A stretch of DNA of 64,000 nucleotides from Blepharisma stoltei ATCC 30299 (lineage: Eukaryota > Protista > Ciliophora). Below are positions 37,630 through 48,177 of the stretch, in pieces. Under the pieces are notes generated by a model. That model made no database searches. It was not told the origin of the DNA and saw nothing but the letters and a program-made list of their open reading frames with translations. Position 1 is the stretch's first letter. Each line of letters opens with the position of its first letter. The stretch spans positions 310,001 through 374,000 of the forward strand of contig CBFDEM010000020.1 in the NCBI GenBank assembly GCA_965603825.1. Direction: 5' to 3'. Made by a program: the position numbers and the translations under genes.

Positions 37630-39414
37630 ATGGAAAATCATGAGCAGGAAATTCAATATTGAAAAGATCGCTATTTTAGCATTTTAAATCAAAACCAAGA
37701 ACTCAGAGACCAGAACAAAGAACTATTTGAAAATTTGGCTAAGGCTAATCAACTGATTAATGATTATCGATTCAAAATAGATGAATACGAGCAAGAATTA
37801 TCAATAAAAGAAAATGTTCGATCTCCATCTACTATGACTCCTTCAGATGGCATTGAAGACCTCGCAAAAACACTCTGTGCTTCAAATAACTCAATCCAAG
37901 TCTCCATAAACAGAGCCCTAACTTTCAGGCGTCAAGTTGCTAAGGAATATGGTCCTGGTAGCCGATCAAAATCACTGCCTTCTAATTTCCAAGAAGAAAT
38001 CCACTCTCCTGCTGGGCCAGCCAAGATGTATGAAGAGTTTTATATTTTAGGTGTCAAGCCAGAAAAAGCCAGCTACGTCGGTAATCTTGATCCTGAAATT
38101 CTTTTCCAGTTCCCCCAGCGAAACATCTTGCCTTCAAGTCCCCAAACCAGAGTGATTGGCAACTTTTGCTTTCCAAATGGAAGTAAAGCAAAGTTCATCA
38201 AGTTCAACGAATCTGTAAGCAGGATAAATGAAGTCATTTATACGCAGTACGACAGAAATAACCATTTGAGCTTTGTATTTACCTTGAAATCTGAAGGGAA
38301 TGAGAAAAAGTTCGATTTTAATGAGATGGCGAACAGTGATAAGGAGGTTTTGTATTGCTGCTGTGTAGTTGTTGATGATTTGTTATCTGATGACGAAGTG
38401 GAGGATGAGCAGATTTTAGCTCCCAAATGCTATTGCATTGTTTCTTATTGTCCTTGCTTTGAGCTCCACTTTGGAGTGCTCTATAGCTTGCTGTCAATTA
38501 AAAAGATTCAGAGACAGAGCGATATTTCTCTAGCTGAACTCACACATATAAGCAGCCAGTCTATAGAGGAAATTCTGCAAAATGAACAGATTATGAATGA
38601 TGAGCAGCTTGGGCTACTTGAAGAGTACTACTCTGCATATACTTTCAACCCAGGGGAGCAGATTTTCATCAATTTACAGTCAGTTGATGGAATTGAGTAT
38701 GATATCCCTCAAGATTTATCTAGGCTTGATGCTCTATGATTTTGCCCCTTGCTATTTTCGCTACTGGAGTTCAATGACTTTTTCTTCCTTCTATGTGCAA
38801 TTATGCTGGAAAAGTCTGTTATTTTTGTGAGCTCAAACTATGATATTGCAAGCAGCTGTGTCTTAGGGTTTCATGCAATGCTTAGACCATTTTCTTGGCC
38901 TCACTTGATTACACCAATTTTGCCAGATTCACTAAGAGATGTATTGGAAGCTCCAGTACCATTTCTTATAGGACTTCCATCTCCTCCTCCAGCAACTCAT
39001 AAGAAATATTCTCATATTATTTGGGTCATGCTTGACGAGCCCAAAATATCTAAAAGAGTACTAAAATCCAGCTCGGTCGCAAAATCAGTCAAAGAGCCTT
39101 ATGCAAATGACATTAAAAAGTACCTTTTTGTCATCTATAAAACCTTCCAAGGGCATCCTTGCTTTTCTCCATCAGCAGAGCAGCAAGAATGTGCACTGAG
39201 GATTATCCAAGAAATTAAACGATTTTGGAGAAATATTATTGACATGCTGCCACCTAAACCACCAAGAATTGCTGAAGGCACATTTTTAGATATTGAAGAT
39301 ATAGGAAATATTATGCTGAAAAAAGCTAACAAGCCTGATTTGGAATTTTTAGAAAATTTGATTATGTCCCAGTTATTTATAAATACTGTGGAAGAGTGCT
39401 ATGGACTGAGGTAG
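37630..39414 (+). CDS. DENN-domain protein (Rab GEF family)
   Basis: PEILFQFP..NFCFPNG, FVFTL, PKCYCIVS, LEKSVIFVS, LRPFSWPHLITPILP..LEAPVPFLIG; ATG 37630; stop TAG. Confidence 0.9.
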
Positions 39415-39498
39415 TTGTAAAACCTACACACTGGATAACCTATCTTAAATATTTACACTAATTTAAAAATAGATTTAATTAGTTAGTTTACTATGTTA

Positions 39499-40125
39499 TT
39501 ATTTATTTCCACAACACTTTTTCTTCTTCTTTACAGTAGTTGGCTTAAGCCCAATTGTGTGTTGGACAGGCTTGGGATCATCATCCTGCTTTTCAAGCCA
39601 TTTCTCATACAAAATTGTGCAAAATTTTGTGAATACTTCTTGGACATTTTGTCCACTTTTTGCTGAGGTTTCTAAGAAACCACTCAATTCATGCTTTTCA
39701 GCGAATTCTTTGCCATCCTCAGCACTTACTTCTCTAGGTTGCTCTCCGTTCTCAACTAAATCAACTTGATTGGCGACTAGAAAAATATCAGCATCCTGAG
39801 AAGAATTTTGCCTGATCTCATTGAGCCAATATTCGCAACTTTCAAAGGTATGCCTCGCAGTCGTATCATATACCAATAAAACTCCGTCAGCTCTTCTATA
39901 AAAGCTTCTCGTCACACTTCTGAAGCTTTCCTGGCCAGCGGTGTCCCAGATTTGTATTTTAATCGGTTGCCCTTTAATTTCAATTGACTTCGTTCCAAAT
40001 TCTACTCCAATGGTGACAGTGTGTGTTTCCTTGAACATGTTTTCGCTAAACCTCAGCAGTAAGCAGGATTTCCCTACTCCAGTGTCTCCAACAATAATGA
40101 CCCTAAAAAGCAGTTCTTGATCCAT
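39499..40125 (-). CDS. Rab GTPase (Rab2-like)
   Basis: GDTGVGKS, TIGVEFG, WDTAGQESFRS, ETSAK, polybasic CC C-terminus; the NKxD motif reads NQVD. Confidence 0.93.
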   Translation of the reverse strand: MDQELLFRVIIVGDTGVGKSCLLLRFSENMFKETHTVTIGVEFGTKSIEIKGQPIKIQIWDTAGQESFRSVTRSFYRRADGVLLVYDTTARHTFESCEYWLNEIRQNSSQDADIFLVANQVDLVENGEQPREVSAEDGKEFAEKHELSGFLETSAKSGQNVQEVFTKFCTILYEKWLEKQDDDPKPVQHTIGLKPTTVKKKKKCCGNK

Positions 40126-40154
40126 AGTTTAAATTTTCTTAATAATCTTGCTTA

Positions 40155-40931
40155 ATGGAAAGAATTCATCTTGACAACTCAGCAGCACGTGCAGTTCAAG
40201 CTTACATTGAATATGAAAATATTGTTGGTGGTGCAGACGGTGGAAAACTTTTGTCCCCAGAAGAATACGAAGAGTTCAAAAAACAAGTCGCGGCGCAAAG
40301 GGCAAATAGATTATTTGTATACTGAAGCAACTCTTCTGGGCTTGAGTGCAAAACTATAGGTCCTCACTCTAAATGCTTCTGCAATCATAGATATAAAGAC
40401 CATTTCACAGATGACGTAAGCACAAAGAAGGTCCCGTGTAGGGTACCAAAGTGTAAATGCAAGCAATTTGACTATGTCCCTGTATATGGTTCGAATGATC
40501 TAAAGTGCTTGTGCAAGCATTCTTATACGACTCATAACCCAGCAAATAGAAGGTGTGAAAAGCCAGGCTGCAAGTGCAGCCAGTTCTCAAGTACGCACAG
40601 CTGTACATGCAGTAGGCATTATAATGATCATGAAACCAAATTTTATAGCAAGCAAGAGCGGCAAGCGATGGGAAAGCCGACGGATAACCTGGGTGGAGGA
40701 GGAGAGCTTTATGCAGCTATGGGAGGGTTGACTGATTTTTCTGATCTAGTTGATGGGATTGAAAGAGAAGCGGTAGAGCCTGTAGAGTATGCAGGAAAAA
40801 GATATGAACTAACTGGGGCAAGCAGAAGAGCTGTAGAGGCGCCAAAGCCACAAAAGGGTGAAAGGCAGGTAAGGAGAGAAGGATTCACACCTTTGGAGCT
40901 TTATAATATGCCCCATAGACTTGGGAAATAA
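40155..40931 (+). CDS. FAM221A: FAM221A-like Cys-rich protein
   Basis: MERIHLD..AVQAYIEYENIVGGADGGKLLSPEEYEEFKK..NRLFVY-W(TGA)..CKTIGPHSKCFCNHRYKDH resembles the FAM221A N-terminus as recalled. Confidence 0.82.
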
Positions 40932-41277
40932 TAGAAAATGGATATTATATAAAGAAGAGTGCTTTTGAGAGCTACTTATCAATAATCCTAGCTTAAGATG
41001 CTGATAGAAGATTTAGATACGGGGTAAAGGATATTTATATTTTTTTCGAAGATATCAAACCTGAAAAGTGCTTTATATGGCTGCTTACTATTAAATAAAT
41101 TAAAAAAATCATTTTTATTCTTAAAAAGCATTAGCTATTTACCAGATTTAGATTTAACGATCAGTTATCAATTTAAATTAGCAAAATATGTAACTCTTTG
41201 CCTCATCCAGGTCATGAAGGCCTTCCTTTTATTTCTTTCTATGTCAGAATCGAGAACCCATATTTTCCGTAATAAAA

Positions 41278-42561
41278 ATGATCATCGATGAAATTCAAAA
41301 GGCCTGTAGGCTAGATGACCTTGAGGTGCTAAGAGACGCACTGGGCCAATGCCCCAAATCAGTCGACGAGCCAGACTCAAAGCTCGGTTGGGCTCCTCTT
41401 TACCGCACAGTGATGAGTGGGCACTTCAATTCATCTGAATTTCTCTTGCAAAATGGTGCCAACCCCAATGTTCAAAATCGCCTCGGAGAAACTCCACTTC
41501 ATCAAGCTGCTGACGGCAACTTACTCCGAATTGCAGATCTTCTGCTAACTTACCACGCGGATCCAAATATTCAGCAAAATGACGGCGACACCCCTCTTCA
41601 TCTTGCAGCCCAAAAAGGCCATTCAAAAATGCTCAAGCTTTTGCTTGATCACGATGCAGATCCAAACATCCAAAATTTTGTGTTTGGAAAAACTGCGTTG
41701 CATTATGCAATAGAAAAACGATTTTTGAATTGTGTGCAGTTATTAATTGAATGAGATGCAAACCCCTTAATTAAGGACCGTGGAGGCAGAAACGCTTTTG
41801 AAAGTGCGGATAATGATGATATCAAGAACTACCTATCAAGAAAATGTGAGCAAGATACTGAAGTAAAGTTATTTGAAAGCTATGAGGATAGTTCAGAAAT
41901 AAATGAGCCTGAATGTGAAAGAACTACAACAAAAATCAAGAAAAAAGCACAAAGTATTGGGTTTTCGTCATTTATTGATGAAAAAGAAGCCATGAAGAAT
42001 TCGCTATATCAGTGACTCGCTTCCAAAAAGTTGGATACGTGCTTTGGCGTGTTATATCAAAATGGCTTTGATGATTTGGAATGTATATTTGAACAAATGA
42101 GGTCAGAAATGCCGCTGAATAATGAAGTTTTGACTATCATTGGGATTCATAAGCCAGGCTACCGATATCGGCTTTTGGCATGACTTGAAGAGGACTGCAA
42201 AAAGCCGCTTTCGAACCTGAACAATAAAAACTCCTTAGCATGGTGCACCAATCCCATTTCATCCCCAGGTCTCCAACTGAGTCCTACAATTGAAGAGTGG
42301 CTTGCTTCAATTAGTTTAAAGCCTCTGTACAAGAAGTTTTGCAACTCAGGCTTCGATGATTACGACCAAATAATTTTCCTTATGAAATCTAATTACCCAA
42401 TCACAGAAGCAATTCTGGAGAAAGAAGTGGGAATTGACAAAATCGGCTACCGACAACGAATTTTGACGAAGCTGAGAGAAGAAGCTTTGATTTGTAAAAA
42501 GAGAACAACCACTGAAAAAGAGTTTAATGGAACTGCATGCCAGTCTTGTGTAATTATCTAA
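41278..42561 (+). CDS. Ankyrin repeats plus two SAM domains plus CaaX (CVII)
   Basis: GETPLH/GDTPLH/GKTALH; SAM motifs LYQ-W-L..NGFDD..IGIHKPGYR and EEWL..SGFDD..VGIDKIGYRQRIL; stop TAA 42559-42561. Confidence 0.88.
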
Positions 42562-43865
42562 TTATCATTCTTCAAAAACCATTTCTCTCTAATTCCTGCA
42601 TAAAACTGTTCTTTTCCTTCCTCATTTTCAACGCTAACTGGAGCTTCTAGCTTTTCCATTGTAATTAGCCTCCTTGATATTTTTTTGGACAAAATATTTT
42701 CAGAGTTTCCTACAAGCTTCAATAAAGGATGAGTGGGAACTGCATCCTTAGAGTAAGAATTTCTTATCGTTGGAAGCAAATATACAAGCCTTCCACCAAC
42801 TCGTAGCAGCCTAGCGGCTAAGTTCAATAAATCTTCAAACACTCTTGCCCCATGATAGCTATCTCTTGGTAAAATTGTCCCCACTGCATCTTTTTTTATC
42901 TTTTTTGAGCTAGCCCGGACTCCATATGGAGGATCACAAATAATAGCATCGAAAATCTCCCCAGACTTCCAGCAACTTCTGGAGGTATCACAGCAAATGA
43001 TTTCTGGCTTTTGGAAGCCATAATTGACGAAATTTGTGAAAATGTCGGCTTCAGTGTTTTTTGTCGATCTCCCCACTCCTAAGCCTTTTAAAACCCTTAC
43101 ATCAATATCACCACCAAAGCAAGTAGCACCAAAATGTGAAGCTGCAATTAAAATCCCACCTGTCCCAACAAAAGGGTCAAGAACTAAAGAATTTTCCAAA
43201 ACTTTCCCTTGGTTTGCCATAAGCAGTGCCAGCTCCATATCGGTTGTGGTCGGGCCTAAATACTCTCGGTCAGATAAGCTGTATTTTGCATAGAATCTTG
43301 TCCTCGTGTCCTTCGATCTTGCTATTTCGAGTCCAAAGTAGCATTTGCTTTTGCTTATGCTGACAATGAATTTTCGCTCAGGAGATCTCAGGTCGACTGT
43401 TCCTTTAAATGGTATGACACCAAACGATTTAACGATGGATTCTTTCTCTTCTTGGGAAACACTGCTTTGATATGTATCAAATCTGAATGCAAATGGACTT
43501 TCTGCTAATATAAATTGAGCAGCTTCAGGATCATTATTAAATCTCTGAAGTGTATTTTCTACTAAACTGCTTATTGAGTCAGCTTCGGCAAGCGGGAAAG
43601 TGAATCTCTCAATGCAAACTCCTCTCTTCGCTATATGCTCTGCAGCACTCACATTTGGAAGATTTACGTAGATGAAGGGTTTCTCAGTGATTTGAGGTAA
43701 AAAATGCTCACAATAGTCGTATTCTGTATAAGTTTTTGGAAGATTGTAAGTGGAAAAAAGAGTCTCTGGACATATTCCGTGGATTGAAGAAAGTGAGATG
43801 AGTTCGCTGACACAAAAATCAATGAATTTTTGCTTAGCATAAATACTGCATAAGTAAGACTTCAT
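42558..43865 (-). CDS. TRMT11: tRNA (guanine-10-N2)-methyltransferase
   Basis: YLGPTTTDMELALLMAN, DPFVGTGG, GGDID, DAIICDPPYGVR, GGRLVY, RRLITMEK. Confidence 0.9.
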   Translation of the reverse strand: MKSYLCSIYAKQKFIDFCVSELISLSSIHGICPETLFSTYNLPKTYTEYDYCEHFLPQITEKPFIYVNLPNVSAAEHIAKRGVCIERFTFPLAEADSISSLVENTLQRFNNDPEAAQFILAESPFAFRFDTYQSSVSQEEKESIVKSFGVIPFKGTVDLRSPERKFIVSISKSKCYFGLEIARSKDTRTRFYAKYSLSDREYLGPTTTDMELALLMANQGKVLENSLVLDPFVGTGGILIAASHFGATCFGGDIDVRVLKGLGVGRSTKNTEADIFTNFVNYGFQKPEIICCDTSRSCWKSGEIFDAIICDPPYGVRASSKKIKKDAVGTILPRDSYHGARVFEDLLNLAARLLRVGGRLVYLLPTIRNSYSKDAVPTHPLLKLVGNSENILSKKISRRLITMEKLEAPVSVENEEGKEQFYAGIREKWFLKNDN

Positions 43866-43929
43866 TGTGATTATTTAAAAATTATCTCATAGAAGCAAAC
43901 TTTTGAATTTAAATAATTTATTAACTAAA

Positions 43930-46900
43930 TTAGTATTTTTCTAAACTTGCTTTAAGTTGGCTAAGTGAAAGTGCAGAACTTCTTCTTTCTGGGCTTTCTT
44001 TTGCTCTTTTACTAAGCTCTCCAGTTTCTTTTTCTAGTGCTTTGGCTTGCTTTACACTCTCCAAAGTCGATTGATATGTTTTTACAAGTTTTCCTCTTAA
44101 TTCATGCAATTGCTGAGTATCAAAGCTATCAGATTGATCTTGGAGTTCTTTTTTAAGCTCCTCCTTATCTCTCTCAAGCTTCTCAATTATATCATTTTTC
44201 AATTGTAATTCTCCTTTGATTTTCTTCATTTCCCCTCTCAGGCCTTCTATTTCACTCAATTTTTCACTTCTGAATTTCTGATATTTTTGCTTATCTTCAG
44301 CTATGCTGCATTGCAATTCTACAGCATTGGCTTCAATACTATTGAATAATTCTATTGATTTCTCTTCTAATATGACAATGGAGTTCTGGAGTTTCTTAAT
44401 GATACCTTTCAAATTTAGTGAATTTCTCGCTTCTTTTTCTAATTCCCTTTCAGATCGATTTAGGTTGGATTCATAGTTTTTGGCTAGGTTTTCAATTTCA
44501 AGAGCATGGCTATTTTGTAGCTCAGCAACTTGGCTTTGGAGCCGCTCCATTTGGCGTTCTGACTGGATTTTGATGTCATCAACCATTTCTTTGTACCTGG
44601 ACATTTCTCTATTGTATTTATCTTGAATTGCATTTTGCTTGTCTTGCAGATCTTGTTCCATCGAAGTTCTCAATCTATATTGTACATCAATGCTTTCTTG
44701 GCGAGAGTTTTCAATGCTCTCATATGTTCTTCTCAACTCTTCTTCTAGCTTTTGCTTGTCCTCTTCTAAGGCTTTTCTTTGATTCTGGAAATCATCAACT
44801 TTTTGTACGAAAATTCCCATTTCAGCGTTTTTGCTTGATATTTCATCTTTCAGGGCAGCAATTGAGGCTTTCAGATGGTCAATATTTGTTTCATAAATCA
44901 AACTTTTGGCTGTAAAAGTCTCATTTAGCTCATCTTCCACTAAAATGGCTTTTCTTTCTAGGTTCTTGATAATTTCATCTTTTTCGCTCAGTAGGCTTTC
45001 ATTCATTCTTCTTGATCTGCTTTGATTCTCTTCAATTGTACCAATAGCGTCAGAAACCTGCTGATGAAGGCTTTTCTTGAAATTATGCAAATCTTGAAAA
45101 GAATTTTTGGATAAATTTTGGAGTTCGTTTCTGAATCGTTCTAAAGTTCCTTTAAGTGCTGCGTTGGCAGTTTCATATAGTTTTCGCTTTTCTTCTTTGA
45201 CTTTATCCAGTTCTTTCTTTAGTTTTATGCTTTGATTTTGCTTTTCGCTGCTGGACGACTCAAAAAAGTTGACTGACTTCTTGAGTTCTGCAGTTTCTCG
45301 TTCATACTTGTTTATGAGTTGCCGCAGTTCTTGGACTACAATTTGATTATTTTCTAGCTCAGACTCTAAAAATTTGCATTGATGCTCTTGCTGAATTAAA
45401 GATTTTTTGGTTTCCATGTGTTCAGCTGCTAATTTTTCGAGCTTTTGGTATTCTTCTTGCTTAATCCTTTGAGTTGATACAAAGAATTCTTGGGATTCGC
45501 GTGAATAGCTTTCAAAAGCTTCTTGTTTCTCTTTTTCAAGCCTTTCTTTTTCTTCAAGAATTCGGCTTAATTCAAGATTGATTCTTTTATTATTTGCTTG
45601 CTCTCTCGCTATGGCTGATTCATAAGCTGAAATCTGTTCTTGAAAACTGCCGTTTTGGGAATTAAATTTATTGGAAAACTCTCTTTCAGTTTCCCTAACT
45701 GAGCTTTCTAGGTCTTTGTTTCTTTTTCTTTCATTTTCTATTTCTTTTTCGATATTTTGTCTTCTGAAAGACTCTTCTTCATAAGCAGCTTTTAATTTTG
45801 AGGCATTTTGGGTGGCCTCGTCAAGACTTTTTAATAAGTTCTTCTTTTGGTTTTCTAAGTCGTTCAAATCGCTTTTCATTGAATTCAGTCGGTTGGCTAG
45901 CGTTTCAGTTCTTTCTTTTGCAAAATCCAGCTCCGAGTCTAAATGTCTTTTTTCAGACATAATTTCTGCTTTTTCTAAGTCTAATGTATTTATTTTCGTC
46001 ATTAGCTTTTCTACTTCGTTTTGGTGTTCCTCTTTAAGATCTCGTAGCTTTTTAGCAAAATCTTGTCCTTGCTGCTCTTCTAGCTCTCTGATTTCCTGAA
46101 CATGCTTCATTTTGAGTCTTGAAATTTCTTCAGAAACCATTGCTTCATGCTTTGATATTTTTATATAATCTTTTTCCATCTGTGCCATCTTTTCATCAAC
46201 AGATCGTTTAAGCTCTAAATCTTGGTTTCTTTTCCTTGTCATGTGGGCAGCTGTATCATTTTTGAATTCCGCCACAGCTTCTTCATGCAGTTGTTCATAT
46301 TCCCTTTGCAAATTTAAAATTTCTCCTCTATGCCTTGCTTGCATTTCAGCAGCTTGATTTAGGTGCTCTTTTTCGATTTCTCTACACCTTCTTTCCCAAT
46401 GTTCTTTCAATTTTTGCATGTCAGCTTGTACTAAATTAAGTGCTTTGTCTGTTTCAAATTTCCTTGCGTCTAACTCATTTCTAGCTTTATTTAATTCATG
46501 GTCAAGAGTTCTTATGACTTCTCTTTGATCAATTATTTTTTTCTTCATTCGTGAAGATTTGGTTTTGTATTTTTGATGAAATTCGCGTATTATGTCAGAG
46601 TTTCTTTTCTGCTCAACATCAATGGCTTCTTTTATTTGTTCCCCGATACTGCTGTATTTTGCATCTTGGTCTTGCTTTTCTTTTTGAATTATTTCTAATT
46701 TATTTAGCAGTTTTCCGTTTTCTTGCTCTAAGGATTCAGCCTTTTCTTTTAACTGCTCACATAGCTCTTTTAGCTCTCCTATATTTTGTGTAGCTTTTCC
46801 TTTGGCGATATCCTTATGCTGCAACTCTTCTTTCAGCTGGTTAAGCTCAGCCAGAATGCTTTCTTTATTGCTTTTCTCAACTTCCAAATCATGCTTCATA

Positions 46901-47502
46901 ACTTCATACTCAGTCGATTTCTGCCATACATTTCTATCAGCGGCCTCCAAATTCTCCTTTAGCCTATCAATTTCATTAGACTGCTGCCTAATGACCCCTT
47001 GGCTTTCTTCAGCTTTTTTCCTCGATTTTTCTTCCTCCTTTGCTAGCTGCTCCAAATGATTCCTTAAATTTGAAATTTCTTCTTCAGCAATTTCAGCCCT
47101 ATGCTTTTCCTCATTAAAATTATCCTGAAGCACCTGCAAGTTATTTTTCCCCACGCTGGTCTCCCTTTCGAGGCGTTTGATTTCTCCATGGGTATATGCA
47201 ACTTCTTGCATGAGTCTTTCTATAGTTTCTTCTCGTTCCATAGCCAAGTTGTCTTCGCATATTTCTTTCATTCTATGCGAAATGAAGACATTTGAAGTGG
47301 GGTCTTCTTTCATGACAGCGATCACATCGTCCTTTCTAATTTCATCAAAAATTAAGCGGACTTTATCTGTGATAGCCTCGAGCCTTTCTTCGTATTTATC
47401 CTTGGCGATTTTTAAGCGGACTTCGAGGTCCCTTTCCGTTTGGATTTTCCCAGTGTAGCTCAGCTCTGAACCGTAAGTGTTTCGCTTTTCGTCTGAGTAC
47501 AT
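43930..47502 (-). CDS. Large coiled-coil protein (1190 aa)
   Basis: Uninterrupted ORF, E/K/Q/R-rich heptads. Confidence 0.85.
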   Translation of the reverse strand: MYSDEKRNTYGSELSYTGKIQTERDLEVRLKIAKDKYEERLEAITDKVRLIFDEIRKDDVIAVMKEDPTSNVFISHRMKEICEDNLAMEREETIERLMQEVAYTHGEIKRLERETSVGKNNLQVLQDNFNEEKHRAEIAEEEISNLRNHLEQLAKEEEKSRKKAEESQGVIRQQSNEIDRLKENLEAADRNVWQKSTEYEVMKHDLEVEKSNKESILAELNQLKEELQHKDIAKGKATQNIGELKELCEQLKEKAESLEQENGKLLNKLEIIQKEKQDQDAKYSSIGEQIKEAIDVEQKRNSDIIREFHQKYKTKSSRMKKKIIDQREVIRTLDHELNKARNELDARKFETDKALNLVQADMQKLKEHWERRCREIEKEHLNQAAEMQARHRGEILNLQREYEQLHEEAVAEFKNDTAAHMTRKRNQDLELKRSVDEKMAQMEKDYIKISKHEAMVSEEISRLKMKHVQEIRELEEQQGQDFAKKLRDLKEEHQNEVEKLMTKINTLDLEKAEIMSEKRHLDSELDFAKERTETLANRLNSMKSDLNDLENQKKNLLKSLDEATQNASKLKAAYEEESFRRQNIEKEIENERKRNKDLESSVRETEREFSNKFNSQNGSFQEQISAYESAIAREQANNKRINLELSRILEEKERLEKEKQEAFESYSRESQEFFVSTQRIKQEEYQKLEKLAAEHMETKKSLIQQEHQCKFLESELENNQIVVQELRQLINKYERETAELKKSVNFFESSSSEKQNQSIKLKKELDKVKEEKRKLYETANAALKGTLERFRNELQNLSKNSFQDLHNFKKSLHQQVSDAIGTIEENQSRSRRMNESLLSEKDEIIKNLERKAILVEDELNETFTAKSLIYETNIDHLKASIAALKDEISSKNAEMGIFVQKVDDFQNQRKALEEDKQKLEEELRRTYESIENSRQESIDVQYRLRTSMEQDLQDKQNAIQDKYNREMSRYKEMVDDIKIQSERQMERLQSQVAELQNSHALEIENLAKNYESNLNRSERELEKEARNSLNLKGIIKKLQNSIVILEEKSIELFNSIEANAVELQCSIAEDKQKYQKFRSEKLSEIEGLRGEMKKIKGELQLKNDIIEKLERDKEELKKELQDQSDSFDTQQLHELRGKLVKTYQSTLESVKQAKALEKETGELSKRAKESPERRSSALSLSQLKASLEKY

Positions 47503-47554
47503 AATTTAAATGTATTATTTAATTAGCGCTCTGATATGAAATTAAATGATAATT

Positions 47555-48163
47555 TTAGAGAGAAGGACTTGGGACGTTGGTTTGTCTTTCTATTTTACAA
47601 CTGTGTTTCAAATTATCTGTATCCTCATCGTAAGCCTCAATCAGTGGAAAATCATATAGCGCGTGTGAGTATTTGTAAAGCAATCGACAGTCTTTTATGC
47701 AGATAAATAGGAATAAATCAATCGCAATAAGCGCAGTGATGCCAATGAAAATAAGGAGAAGCAAAAGCCAATACATTGCTTCGGAACTCCCACAATCGTA
47801 GTAAAGGTTTGTTGTACAAAACGTGGATTCGTCACTAATCACTAATAAATCTGCCAAATATGCAATATAAAAAAGGATACCTATCAAATTGTAGCCGAAA
47901 AACCCTACTAGAAGAAAGAAATAAATTTTTGTGTAAATTCGCTTCAATTTATTCGCACAGAATAATCCAAGGGCACATGTTAAATATCCTACAACTAAAT
48001 ATCCTACTATTGTGTACGCTACACTATCCACGATAAATACATTTAATACATAAATTGCTGTGATAACTACTGCAATAAAAAGTATCAAAATTGATTCTGC
48101 TTTGACTTTTTTAACATAAGTTGCTAATAATCGAAATTCCATAGCGTTTGATTCACTATTCAT
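47555..48163 (-). CDS. Four-TM membrane protein (tetraspanin-like topology); start at 48163 or 48178
   Basis: Four hydrophobic segments, with a Cys pair in the loop between TM3 and TM4. Confidence 0.75.
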   Translation of the reverse strand: MNSESNAMEFRLLATYVKKVKAESILILFIAVVITAIYVLNVFIVDSVAYTIVGYLVVGYLTCALGLFCANKLKRIYTKIYFFLLVGFFGYNLIGILFYIAYLADLLVISDESTFCTTNLYYDCGSSEAMYWLLLLLIFIGITALIAIDLFLFICIKDCRLLYKYSHALYDFPLIEAYDEDTDNLKHSCKIERQTNVPSPSL

Positions 48164-48177
48164 ATTTATGATTAACA

